Of a stretch of DNA of 64,000 nucleotides, positions 9,247 to 18,272 are shown one piece after another; within the stretch, counting starts at the first letter, position 1; each line of letters opens with the position of its first letter. Under the pieces are notes generated by a model. That model was not told the DNA's origin, did not search any database, and worked only from the letters and a program-made list of their open reading frames with translations. The DNA lies in assembly GCA_964386635.1 (NCBI GenBank), contig CAYLRO010000012.1, positions 1,010-65,009 of the forward strand, read 5' to 3'. The position numbers and the translations under genes are program-made. Source of the stretch: an uncultured bacterium (GTDB taxonomy: Bacteria; Fermentibacterota; Fermentibacteria; Fermentibacterales; JCC-6).

Positions 9247-10676
9247 AAAACATTGCACAGAGAACTGTTGATAACCTGAAATCGCTAGGGGTGGATTACG
9301 GGGATGTGAGATGTGAAACTGTAAAAACCGAGAATACCGGATTCAGAAATGCAAGGCTTGAGGAATGTGATGTACGGGAAACTCAGGGTGTGGGAGTCAG
9401 GGTACTGATAAATGGAGCCTGGGGTTTTTCTGCCTGCACCGGTTTCAAACAGGAGGATATAGACACTGCAGCTGCCAGGGCAGTAGAGATCGCCAGGGCT
9501 GCCGGCGGTCGCGGGAAGGTGGAGCTTTCTGATCTTGATATACAGCAGGGTGTTTATACAGGCCCCTGTGAGAAAGATCCCCTTGAGGTGTCCAGGGAGG
9601 ACAAAATATCCATCCTGCAGAAAATTTCAGATGACATGATGGCAGATGACAGAATCAAAAGCAGCTGGGCAGAGCTCTGGTTCGAGAACAGGAACAGAGT
9701 TATCGGAACAACCAGAGGAGACCTGATTGAAACAGATCTCACCTTTACTCAGCCATCACTGACTGCCACAGCTGTTTCCGGAGGTGATGCCCAGAGCCGC
9801 AGCTTCCAGGACGGGGCAAGAATAGCCGGCTGGGAGTGGGTTGAAGATTCCGGTTTTGCCCGGTGGGGAGAGAAGGCAAGAGAAGAAGCGCTTCTGAAGG
9901 TTCTTGCAGACGAGAGCCCTTCCGGCGAGATGGACCTTCTTCTGGATGGTCTCCACCTGAGTCTTACCATGCATGAATCAGTAGGGCATCCAACTGAAAG
10001 TGACAGAGCCCTTGGCTGGGAAGCCAACATGGCAGGAAGAACCTTCCTTAAACTAAACGACCAGGGTTCTCTGAAGTATGGTTCGGAAAAGGTAAATTTC
10101 ATTGCCGATAACACACTTCCCTATGGCGTTGCAAGCTGGGGATGGGATGATGATCTGGTTCCCGGTCAGAAATGGTACACTGTTAAAAACGGCATCTTTC
10201 AGCAGTTCGGCTCTGTCCGGGAGACTGCTCTGCTTATAGGCAGAGATTCAAGCACCGGATGCTGCAGAGCAATGAATGCCCAGTGCTTCCCTATTAACAG
10301 GCAGCCGAACTTCTACCTGGACCCCGCTGATAATGGAGTGTCGCCTGAAGATCTGGCATCTGAGATCGATCACGGTATCTGGATAGAGGGAAGAGGATCA
10401 TTCTCCATTGATCAGAGAAGGGAGAACTTCCAGTTCGGAGGAGATATTTTCTGGGAGATAAAGAACGGGAAAAAGGTACGTCCGTTGAAAAAAGTCATAT
10501 ACAGGAGCAAAACACCTGTTTTCTGGGGTTCGCTGGACGGGATAGCTGATAAACGATACTTCCGGACTATGGGGCTTCTCACATGTGGGAAAGGTGAGCC
10601 GATGCAGAGTGCCAGAATGACCCACGGAGCAAGCTACGGCAGGTTCAGGGGTATCGAAGTGGGAGGAGGCAGATAA
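9243..10676 (+). CDS. tldD: TldD-family metallopeptidase (peptidase U62)
   Basis: It has the HESVGHPTESDR metal-binding motif and typical TldD length. It is coupled to the downstream pmbA-like gene (ATG overlaps the stop at 10676). Confidence 0.85.
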   Translation: MKNIAQRTVDNLKSLGVDYGDVRCETVKTENTGFRNARLEECDVRETQGVGVRVLINGAWGFSACTGFKQEDIDTAAARAVEIARAAGGRGKVELSDLDIQQGVYTGPCEKDPLEVSREDKISILQKISDDMMADDRIKSSWAELWFENRNRVIGTTRGDLIETDLTFTQPSLTATAVSGGDAQSRSFQDGARIAGWEWVEDSGFARWGEKAREEALLKVLADESPSGEMDLLLDGLHLSLTMHESVGHPTESDRALGWEANMAGRTFLKLNDQGSLKYGSEKVNFIADNTLPYGVASWGWDDDLVPGQKWYTVKNGIFQQFGSVRETALLIGRDSSTGCCRAMNAQCFPINRQPNFYLDPADNGVSPEDLASEIDHGIWIEGRGSFSIDQRRENFQFGGDIFWEIKNGKKVRPLKKVIYRSKTPVFWGSLDGIADKRYFRTMGLLTCGKGEPMQSARMTHGASYGRFRGIEVGGGR

Positions 10677-11956
10677 TGAACCGGAAAGAAATGCTTGATA
10701 TTGTTCAGTCTGCCGTTAAGGAAGCTGGAACCAGGGATGCAACCGCTGAACTCACTGAGAACAGGGAGGCCAGTGTACGGTTTGGTCAGAACAGGATCAC
10801 TCAGAATCTTGACATTTTCCGTCGTGAACTGAGACTTACAGTTGGCGACGGCAGCAGAAAAGCAACAGTGAATTCTCAGAGGGTGGATCTGGATTCTCTT
10901 CCAGTTCTTGCCTCTGAGGCCAGAGCACTTCTTCAGACCTCCGCTGTTGATCCTGAGTACATGCCTCCGGTTCCTCCCGGACAGAACTATGAAAGCATCC
11001 CTGAAGCATGGGATGAGAGCACCGCATCCTGCCCTGCTGCTCCCAGGATCGAAGCGGCAGGCAGTGTTATTGATACGGCTTCAGCCCTGGGTTATGAGGC
11101 AGCAGGGTTGTGCCGCATGACTGCTGCAAAAACAGCTTTGTGTACATCTACAGGCAACTCGGTTTTCCACAGATCCACTGAGTTCGACATGTCTTTCACA
11201 ATGGACAGAGGACTGGCCTCAAGTTACAGATCTCTCAGCGGAACAAGGTGGGACGATCTGGATATTCCCCAGGCGGCAGAAGAGGTGGCCTGTGAAGTAT
11301 CCATGGATATGGACGCTGTGGATGTTGAGCCGGGAGAGTACAGGATAATCCTTGAACCTCAGGCAACCTGGAATCTTGTGATGTTCCTCCCCTGGCTGAT
11401 GAATGCCCGGAGTGCCGATGAAGGTGTCAGCGTTTTCAGTAACATGGAGGGCAAGAGGATCACAGGAAGCGATATAACTATCTCTTCAAGCCTTCACGGT
11501 GCAAGACCAGGCCGTCCTTTTGATGAAGAAGGGCTGCCTGCTTCTGACATCACATGGATTGAACGGGGTATTGTGAAGAACCTTGCCTGCGACAGATTTA
11601 CAGCAAAAAAGACAGGCCGTCCGCCTCTTTTCTTCCCGAGCACTCTGGATATGAACGGCGGAGAGGGAACTGTTGCAGATCTTGTTAAACAGGTGGACAG
11701 AGGAATTCTCATCAGGCGGTTCTGGTACATCAGGTTTGTTGATCAGAAAACCCTGAAGCTTACAGGAATGACCAGAGACGGGGTATTTCTGGTTGAGAAC
11801 GGGAAGATAGTGAAACCGCTCCGGGATTTCCGCTGGAACTGGAGACCTCTTGAACTCTTCTCATCTGTGGAGATACTGGGTAAAGCTGTCAGAATGAGCC
11901 CTGGGATGATTCCCCCTGTTGTGACAGGCCCTCAGACATATCCCTTTACTGATTAG
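10676..11956 (+). CDS. pmbA: PmbA/TldE-family protein, partner of TldD
   Basis: U62 family fold and length; paired and translationally coupled with tldD. Confidence 0.8.
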   Translation: MNRKEMLDIVQSAVKEAGTRDATAELTENREASVRFGQNRITQNLDIFRRELRLTVGDGSRKATVNSQRVDLDSLPVLASEARALLQTSAVDPEYMPPVPPGQNYESIPEAWDESTASCPAAPRIEAAGSVIDTASALGYEAAGLCRMTAAKTALCTSTGNSVFHRSTEFDMSFTMDRGLASSYRSLSGTRWDDLDIPQAAEEVACEVSMDMDAVDVEPGEYRIILEPQATWNLVMFLPWLMNARSADEGVSVFSNMEGKRITGSDITISSSLHGARPGRPFDEEGLPASDITWIERGIVKNLACDRFTAKKTGRPPLFFPSTLDMNGGEGTVADLVKQVDRGILIRRFWYIRFVDQKTLKLTGMTRDGVFLVENGKIVKPLRDFRWNWRPLELFSSVEILGKAVRMSPGMIPPVVTGPQTYPFTD

Positions 11957-11965
11957 GAGGAGCTG

Positions 11966-12343
11966 ATGGATCTGGCTATCCTGGGTCTTTTCGGTGCAGC
12001 TGTAACAGTTGTTCTTATAGTGGTGCTGGATTCATTCTTCCTCCATGTGGGAGCAAAGCTTGCCGGTGTAAGAAAAGCAACCTTCGGCAGAGCAGTGCTG
12101 GCATCAATTGCATGTGCAATGTCTACACTGCTGCTTGCGCTGCTCTTTTCATGGATCCCGGTCTCCGGTCCTGGCCTGGGGTTCCTGATAGGGCTTGTTC
12201 TAACAGTAGTGGTTCTGCAGGCTGTCTACAGCACCACTTTCGGAAAGGCATTTCTACTCTGGCTTTTCAATGTAGCGGCTCAGGCAGCTGCTGTAATTAT
12301 CGGGATGTTCCTGATTCCGGCAGTTCTCACTGTTCTGGGGTGA
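11966..12343 (+). CDS. Hypothetical integral membrane protein (3-4 TM)
   Basis: Highly hydrophobic 125 aa ORF directly after pmbA. No recognisable motif. Confidence 0.4.
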   Translation: MDLAILGLFGAAVTVVLIVVLDSFFLHVGAKLAGVRKATFGRAVLASIACAMSTLLLALLFSWIPVSGPGLGFLIGLVLTVVVLQAVYSTTFGKAFLLWLFNVAAQAAAVIIGMFLIPAVLTVLG

Positions 12344-13111
12344 TCACCATTGAAATCGTATACCGAAACAGGTCTCTCCCTGGAGGGACCTGATCGGCTG
12401 AGTATCATGGATGTGATGTCTGAAAAAGACACCCATTTTCTCGTGGCCTGAAGGATGATCAGCGTAAATCTCAACAAAATGCCTGCTGCTTTCGCCGCCG
12501 TCTGTGTGAAAGTAGAAATCTGAGTGGAGCAGCGTTCCATAGATCATTTCACCTGAAGAGACCACAGGATAATCGATTACACTGTGCAGTGACCAGTCGA
12601 AGATGTGCCCTTTCTGGAAAGATGCATTCTGCGGCCTGTAGATACCTGCGGACAGGTGGTATTCCGGGGTCCATCCTCCAGGCATGAACACTGCATGATC
12701 TTCCATTGCCGGTTCTATACTGTTGCTTACACCAAGCTTCAGGTTGTTCATGTACTGACCGCAGGTATCCGCCATGTCAATGTTATGGAAACACTCATGG
12801 TCAGTGAAAAGTGAGAAGAGAAGGTCTCCGTAGTCCACATCAAGTTTACCCCGGATGTTCCAGTGAGCGCCGTAGACATTGAAGGCGGTGTCACCATCCT
12901 TGTCGCTCTGACCCATGAAAGTTTCCACACCAAGGCCGATACCGAAACTGACGGGGCCGAACTTTACAATGCCTGCATCATCCTGGATCAGTGCATAGAT
13001 CAGCTGGTCTGCGTCTGGATTGAAGAAATATCTGGCATCAAAGAATCCGTCATTGCTTCCTGGAAAAGAAAGATCCCAGGCAGAGGTCAGCGCTAGAATA
13101 AGAAGGAGCAT
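12344..13111 (-). CDS. Hypothetical secreted protein
   Basis: Signal peptide (MLLLILALTSAWDLSF), aromatic-rich. No family recognised. Confidence 0.4.
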   Translation of the reverse strand: MLLLILALTSAWDLSFPGSNDGFFDARYFFNPDADQLIYALIQDDAGIVKFGPVSFGIGLGVETFMGQSDKDGDTAFNVYGAHWNIRGKLDVDYGDLLFSLFTDHECFHNIDMADTCGQYMNNLKLGVSNSIEPAMEDHAVFMPGGWTPEYHLSAGIYRPQNASFQKGHIFDWSLHSVIDYPVVSSGEMIYGTLLHSDFYFHTDGGESSRHFVEIYADHPSGHEKMGVFFRHHIHDTQPIRSLQGETCFGIRFQW

Positions 13112-13114
13112 CTG

Positions 13115-13720
13115 TCAGCTCTCTTTTTCCATGTGTCTTTTCAGGGCTTCAATAAGATAAGACTCCGGCTGTGCACCCTCAGTGGCGAAAGTTTCATTAA
13201 TTACTGTTCTGGGAACACCCTGAACCTGATACTTCATGGCTTCATCCTGAAACTCGTTAGCCTCGATTGCCTCTGCGGTGACCCTGTCGGAGTAGGCTGC
13301 CATACGGTGAGCAAGCACAACTGCTGCGGGGCAGTGTGGGCAGGTGGGAGTTACAAATACCTTCATGTGCAGATCTGTTGTTAATCCGTCCAGAAACTCT
13401 CTGGTCTCCGGTGTAAGGACAACCTGGTCTCTGCCGTTGTCTATGATCGCTGTGAGAAGGCTGCTGAATTCGTACCCGGAAGGAGTTCCGCGAAACAGTA
13501 CTCTTCCGGTTGTTCCTATGTCCAGAGCGGGAAGCATCTCGCCTGATTCTGACTCAACAACTTCTACGGTAAGCTTTTCAGAAAGCTCCGCCAGTTCCTT
13601 CAGTATCTCTTCTGTATCGCTTGCTCCCTGTGCTTTTCTGAGCTGAACAGGAACAGTCTTCAACAGTTTGTCAAAATGTTCTTTTACAGCTTCCCTGTCG
13701 GTCTGGGAAAGTAATGCCAT
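13115..13720 (-). CDS. Protein-disulfide oxidoreductase of the archaeal/thermophile PDO type (glutaredoxin-like, tandem thioredoxin folds)
   Basis: About 200 aa with a CPHC active-site motif in the second thioredoxin-like half. It sits with trxB and trxA in one same-strand cluster. Confidence 0.6.
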   Translation of the reverse strand: MALLSQTDREAVKEHFDKLLKTVPVQLRKAQGASDTEEILKELAELSEKLTVEVVESESGEMLPALDIGTTGRVLFRGTPSGYEFSSLLTAIIDNGRDQVVLTPETREFLDGLTTDLHMKVFVTPTCPHCPAAVVLAHRMAAYSDRVTAEAIEANEFQDEAMKYQVQGVPRTVINETFATEGAQPESYLIEALKRHMEKES

Positions 13721-13732
13721 TTGTTCTCTCCT

Positions 13733-14692
13733 CTAATCTGTCTGCTGCAGCAGCTCGAATATTGCCGCGGCGGCCCTTGCACCGTCTGATACGGCGGTTA
13801 CCACCTGTCTGAAACCGTTGTTTGTTACATCACCGGCGGCGAATACACTTGGGTTCGATGTACCAACTATATTTTTAGTGACAACCGCGCCCCTCTTATC
13901 AAGTTCCACCAGGGTGCTGAAGGGTTCTGTTGCTGGCTTTGTCCCCACATACAGGAACACACCGTCTGTGGCAACCTCAATTTCACCATCCGGTGTTTCA
14001 AGTACTGCACCGGTTACTCCCTGTGCATCTCCCGTTATCCTTTTAAGGTGAGAGTTCCAGTATGGAGTTACCTTACTGTTCTCCAGAAGTTTTCTGGCCA
14101 GATAAGGTTCCGCCCGGAGTTTGTCTCTTCTGTGAACAAGAGCAAGTTCCGATACAACATCGGCAAGATGAAGAGCTTCCTTCACAGCACTGTCGCCTCC
14201 ACCTACCACTATTGCCTTCCTGTCTCTGAAGAAGGGAGCGTCACATGTGGCACAGAAGCTTACACCTCTGCCGTAGTATTCATCCTCACCAGGGACCCCC
14301 AGTGTAGCTGGAGCTGCACCAGTTGCTATGATCAGGTAGTCAGTTGTGTAAATTCCGCCGTCAGTAGTTACTTTGATTCTGTCACCTTCAGCTTCAGCGC
14401 TTTCAACTGATTCCATACGGAAAACACCGCCGGCCTTCACAGCCTGTTCCTTCATGGCTGCAGCCAGGTCCGATCCGGCAATTGATACAAAGCCCGGATA
14501 GTTCTCTATCTCAGCAGTAAGAGCTGCCTGTCCTCCCGGTTTCCAGCTTTCAATAACCACATGGTCAATTCCATACCTTGCTGCATAAATAGCTGCAGAA
14601 AGGGCGGCAGGGCCGCCCCCGGCGATAATCAGCCTGTGGCTGTTAACACCGGGAGTGGAACCGCCGTCAATGATGCCAACCTTGAAATCCAT
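13733..14692 (-). CDS. trxB: Thioredoxin-disulfide reductase
   Basis: Two nucleotide-binding motifs (IIAGGGPAALSAAIYA), a redox-active CATC disulfide and typical ~319 aa length. Confidence 0.85.
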   Translation of the reverse strand: MDFKVGIIDGGSTPGVNSHRLIIAGGGPAALSAAIYAARYGIDHVVIESWKPGGQAALTAEIENYPGFVSIAGSDLAAAMKEQAVKAGGVFRMESVESAEAEGDRIKVTTDGGIYTTDYLIIATGAAPATLGVPGEDEYYGRGVSFCATCDAPFFRDRKAIVVGGGDSAVKEALHLADVVSELALVHRRDKLRAEPYLARKLLENSKVTPYWNSHLKRITGDAQGVTGAVLETPDGEIEVATDGVFLYVGTKPATEPFSTLVELDKRGAVVTKNIVGTSNPSVFAAGDVTNNGFRQVVTAVSDGARAAAAIFELLQQTD

Positions 14693-15021
14693 TAACCAAG
14701 CTGACCTTTGGCAAGAGCATCAAGTTCACGCTTGAGTGATGCCTTGTCTCTGAAGCCAACCATACGGTCGATCTCTTTCCCGCCGTGGAAGATTATCATT
14801 GTGGGAACTCCTCTAACACCGTACTGGTTTGCTTCTGCAGGACTCTGATCGATGTCAACTTTTACGAAATCTATCTTGTCGGAAAGTTCTCCGGAAAGAC
14901 TTTCAAGTACAGGATGAAGCATCTTGCAGGGACCGCACCATTCAGCACTGAAGTCCACAACTGTAAGTTTATCTTTGCTTCCGGTTACTTCCGGAATCAT
15001 GCTTCCTTTGATCTGTTTCAT
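14692..15021 (-). CDS. trxA: Thioredoxin
   Basis: WCGPC active site, 109 aa. Confidence 0.9.
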   Translation of the reverse strand: MKQIKGSMIPEVTGSKDKLTVVDFSAEWCGPCKMLHPVLESLSGELSDKIDFVKVDIDQSPAEANQYGVRGVPTMIIFHGGKEIDRMVGFRDKASLKRELDALAKGQLG

Positions 15022-15227
15022 TGTTTTTCCTTTCGCAAGTTGTTTGTCATTGTTACCTGCTTCTCAAAGAGCATATTGCATGCCGTTTGTAACTCGTTGT
15101 TATTCAGGCTATTCCGAAATACAGTGTAAGACTGTGTGTCAAATGTCCAGCCCCTTTTATGCAAATCATGTTCATTGTATTATGTAATGTTAACCAGGGG
15201 AGCGAAAGACACAACAAGGGAGGGTGT

Positions 15228-15632
15228 ATGAAATCACTTCTGATCATTGGATTTGCGGTATGTACCGCACTTGCTTTTGGCGTTCCGGATGTTCCGGATG
15301 TGCCGGATGCAGACATTCCTGATATTGAGATTCCCGGTATGGAGCTTCTTGACGAAGTTCAGGTTAAACTCGACGGGCTTGTTTCCCAGACTGATGAACT
15401 GAGAACACTGATTCCGGACCTTGCGGCACTGGATAATGTTTCAGCGAAACTTGAAGAGCTCAGGGATACCGATCCTGAAATGGCTGAACTTCAGGCTGAG
15501 ATCGATGCCCTGCGCGGGGAACTTGTTTCCGCCAGAGAGCAGATCACATCAATAACCGATGAAATTGATGCTGAAGTCAGCACTATCAGAACCACTGTGG
15601 ACCAGTTCACAGAAGGTCTTCCTGTTAACTAG
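15228..15632 (+). CDS. Secreted coiled-coil protein with an N-terminal (VPD)n repeat. Start is either 15159 or, more likely, 15228 (MKSLLIIGF...).
   Basis: Signal peptide after the internal Met. GVPDVPDVPDADIPDIEIP is encoded by a 9-nt tandem DNA repeat. The remainder is heptad-like and acidic. Confidence 0.45.
   Translation: MKSLLIIGFAVCTALAFGVPDVPDVPDADIPDIEIPGMELLDEVQVKLDGLVSQTDELRTLIPDLAALDNVSAKLEELRDTDPEMAELQAEIDALRGELVSAREQITSITDEIDAEVSTIRTTVDQFTEGLPVN
15282..15310 (+). repeat. Short tandem repeat (gttccggat x3, degenerate) encoding VPDVPDVPD
   Basis: Direct reading of ggcgttccggatgttccggatgtgccggatgc. Confidence 0.6.
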
Positions 15633-15647
15633 GAATTACTGATTCTG

Positions 15648-15678
15648 AAAGGCCGGGCGTTCTGCCCGGCCTTTTTCA
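15648..15678. terminator. Bidirectional rho-independent terminator between convergent genes
   Basis: aaaGGCCGGGCgttctGCCCGGCCttttt: a perfect 8-bp GC stem with A-tract and T-tract flanks, lying between the + gene ending at 15632 and the - gene ending at 15676. Confidence 0.7.
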
Positions 15679-17043
15679 GTATGCACCGTCTCCAGAGATT
15701 ATTGCGGAAGGTGTAAGAATCAGAATAGCCAGATCCATCCAGATTGACCAGTTGTCAACGTAGTAGAGGTCAAGTTTTACCATTTCATCGAATCCAAGGT
15801 CGCTTCTTCCGGATATCTGCCAGATACCTGTAACCCCCGGGATGGTCTGAAGCCTTTTATAGTCACGCCTGCTGTATTCTTCCACTTCTTCCGGAAGAGG
15901 GGGCCTGGGACCGGCAAGGCTCATTTCTCCCTTTACAACGTTGAACAGCTGTGGCAGTTCATCTATTGACCAGCGTCTGATAAACCTGCCGAATCTTGTG
16001 ATTCTGGGATCATTCTTTATCTTGAAAAGAGGACCGGTTGATTCATTGGATTCCATAAGTTTGCTTTTTTCAGTGTGAGCACCCTTTCTCATTGATCTGA
16101 ACTTAAGCATCTGAAACGGAATGTTGTCCCGTCCAAGACGGGTCTGCCTGTAAAGAACAGGGCTGCCGCTGTCCAGCAGAATCATTATTCCTGTGAAAAG
16201 AAACAGTGGAGAGAGGAGCAGAAGAAGTGTGGTGGTAATTATTATGTCAGAGGTTCTCTTCAGAAAGAGCCCCCAGCCTGAAAGAGGGGAAGGGGCAGTT
16301 TCAATGAGAGTGGTTCCTCCCATATGGGCAACCCTGGCGGTAAGACTTATGAGGGAAAACACATCTGCGGCGATTTTGTAGTGTATTCCGATCTTCTCAC
16401 AATGAAGGATCAGCCTTGAGAGATTCTCTCCGGGTATGGACCGGTCAGCAACAACAACTTCGTCTATCCGTTTTTCGTCAATTTCATCAGTGATCTGTTC
16501 CAGTGGCGATTCTGGCGGGGTGTATCCGATGATTTTATAAGGGAGCTGTGCTCTTGTTTCCATGAAAGCCCCAAGTTGTTTCGCCTCTGCCGAGTCTCCG
16601 ATAATGAGTACCGAAGAAGGGGTTCCAGACCTTACGGCAAGCCTTTTCAGCACCCAGTGCCACAGGCTGAGGAGAATAATGGAAACAGGGCATGCAAACA
16701 CCAGTACAAATCTTGAGAAAAACAGCTGTCTGGTCAGGAATGTGGTTGCGAAAGTGAATACCATTGCCATGAGAGATGCTCTTATTATTCCCGCTACTTC
16801 TTCAATCATACCAAGGCCGAATTCGCGTCTGTAGACACCGAATACAGCCATGAAGGCTACCTGAACTGAACCAAGAACGAAACCGCTCAGCATGTAGTGA
16901 TAGGCTGACAGACGAAAATCGTAGCCCATGATACCTGCCAGCAGTGAGTGTCTTATCCAGAATCCACCCATGAATACAGCTGCAATCAGAATGAGATCAG
17001 CTGGAGGCAGAATTTTCAGAAGGTTGCCCTTTTTCCTTCTCAC
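15676..17043 (-). CDS. Undecaprenyl-phosphate sugar phosphotransferase (WbaP/WcaJ/EpsB-type 'bacterial sugar transferase')
   Basis: The C-terminal catalytic domain (FKIKNDPRITRFGRFIRRWSIDELPQLFNVVKGEMSLAGPRPP...PGVTGIWQ) is classic, preceded by N-terminal TM helices. The ORF-track start at 17229 overlaps the upstream gene by 190 nt. A GTG at 17041-17043 overlaps the upstream TGA (GTGA) and is preferred as the start; 16971 (ATG) is an alternative. Confidence 0.8.
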   Translation of the reverse strand: MRRKKGNLLKILPPADLILIAAVFMGGFWIRHSLLAGIMGYDFRLSAYHYMLSGFVLGSVQVAFMAVFGVYRREFGLGMIEEVAGIIRASLMAMVFTFATTFLTRQLFFSRFVLVFACPVSIILLSLWHWVLKRLAVRSGTPSSVLIIGDSAEAKQLGAFMETRAQLPYKIIGYTPPESPLEQITDEIDEKRIDEVVVADRSIPGENLSRLILHCEKIGIHYKIAADVFSLISLTARVAHMGGTTLIETAPSPLSGWGLFLKRTSDIIITTTLLLLLSPLFLFTGIMILLDSGSPVLYRQTRLGRDNIPFQMLKFRSMRKGAHTEKSKLMESNESTGPLFKIKNDPRITRFGRFIRRWSIDELPQLFNVVKGEMSLAGPRPPLPEEVEEYSRRDYKRLQTIPGVTGIWQISGRSDLGFDEMVKLDLYYVDNWSIWMDLAILILTPSAIISGDGAY

Positions 17044-17855
17044 TTTCTTCTCCCTGGTCCGAAGCCTGCTATTGCCAGGGGGTGTGTTATCAGAAACCTG
17101 ATCATACTTCGTATGTGGTAATTCAGTGTTGTTCCTCCTGATGCACTTTCCCTTCTGCAGACATGGTGGATTTCCGCTTCCGGTACGTACCAGACCTCCA
17201 TTCCGCTTTTCCAGGCCCGCCAGCACCATTCAACGTCTTCAAAATAAAGAAAATAGGATTCGGACATCAGTCCTGCCCGTTCTCTTCCAGCAGGGGTAAG
17301 CCACAAGGCTGCTCCTACAAGCCAGTCAGCTTTCACAGGCCTGCCATTTCCTGAGAATCGGTTAAGATGATCTGCGGAAATTCTTCTGCCGGCTGCGGTT
17401 CTGCTGAACATGGATCTTCTGGAAGCAATTACAGGAATGGACGGCCATGTTCTAGCTGTTGACTGCACATTTCCACTTCCGTCAAGCATTGCCGGGCCAA
17501 GCAAGGCTGCATCAGGGTGCTTTTCAGCAAACTCATGAAGTTTTACGGCGGCCCCTGGAAGCAGAACGACATCCGGATTCAGAAAGAAAAGAGAATCACC
17601 CTTTGCTCTTGCAGCGCCAATGTTGTTTGCTGCAGCAAGCCCCAGATTCCTTCCATTGCGGACAGTTGTGATCCTGTGGGAAAAACCTGCGAGAGTGTCC
17701 ATGGTGCAGTCGCTGGAATCGTTATCCACAACGACAATATCAACAGGTGCTTCAGATGAAGGGAGAGAAAGCAGTGAATCAACAGCCTGTTCAATCACAG
17801 AACCGCTGTTATAGGTTGTTATTATGGCTGACCAATTCATGGGATTAATATACAA
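17040..17855 (-). CDS. Family 2 glycosyltransferase
   Basis: GT2 N-terminal pattern (AIITTYNSGSVIEQAVDSL...DIVVVDNDSSD). It is translationally coupled to the downstream sugar phosphotransferase. Confidence 0.75.
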   Translation of the reverse strand: MYINPMNWSAIITTYNSGSVIEQAVDSLLSLPSSEAPVDIVVVDNDSSDCTMDTLAGFSHRITTVRNGRNLGLAAANNIGAARAKGDSLFFLNPDVVLLPGAAVKLHEFAEKHPDAALLGPAMLDGSGNVQSTARTWPSIPVIASRRSMFSRTAAGRRISADHLNRFSGNGRPVKADWLVGAALWLTPAGRERAGLMSESYFLYFEDVEWCWRAWKSGMEVWYVPEAEIHHVCRRESASGGTTLNYHIRSMIRFLITHPLAIAGFGPGRRK

Positions 17856-17858
17856 AGA

Positions 17859-17882
17859 GGGAAGGGCCTGAGGCCCTTCCCG
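17859..17882 (-). terminator. Terminator hairpin downstream of hup
   Basis: gggaagggcc-tgag-ggcccttccc, a 10-bp perfect stem between the hup stop (17903) and the GT2 start (17855). Confidence 0.5.
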
Positions 17883-17902
17883 TCATTGCTGTATGAAGCA
17901 GC

Positions 17903-18175
17903 TTAGATTGCTTTGTCCTTAAGGGCCTTGCCGGCCTTGAAATAAGGAACCTTCTTGGCAGGATACTTTTTCTTCTGGCTTGTTCCGGGAACAACACCCT
18001 CACGGGCTGCTCTTTCCTTGATACCGAATGTTCCGAAGCCGATCAGAGTGATTTTATCTCCTGACTCGATAACGTTTGTAATCCCGTCGATGAAAGCATC
18101 AACTGCTGCCGAAGCATCTTTCTTTGAAAGATCAGCCTTTGCGGCCACGTGGTTGATAAGTTCCTTTTTGTTCAA
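17903..18175 (-). CDS. hup: HU-family nucleoid DNA-binding protein
   Basis: 90 aa with ITLIGFGTFGIKERAAREG...P arm motifs typical of HU/IHF. Confidence 0.85.
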   Translation of the reverse strand: MNKKELINHVAAKADLSKKDASAAVDAFIDGITNVIESGDKITLIGFGTFGIKERAAREGVVPGTSQKKKYPAKKVPYFKAGKALKDKAI

Positions 18176-18272
18176 CTCCCTACCCCTTTCTCAATTGTGT
18201 AACGTGAAAACCCATGTAACCTGTTTACACTAGACCCTTGAAAGCGCCTTGTCAAGTGCATCCGTGGGTGTT

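Noticed and set aside
15282-15310. Short tandem repeat considered as a possible mini-CRISPR or regulatory repeat
   Set aside because: It lies in-frame inside a coding sequence and simply encodes a VPD peptide repeat. It has no spacers and only three units.
15676-17229. Long N-terminal extensions in the ORF-track models of the WbaP-like, XdhC, BirA, TupA, DUF2141 and paralog-B genes
   Set aside because: The extensions overlap upstream genes or an operator, lack homology to family N-termini, and internal starts with good SDs or GTGA/ATGA/TAATG coupling give canonical-length products.
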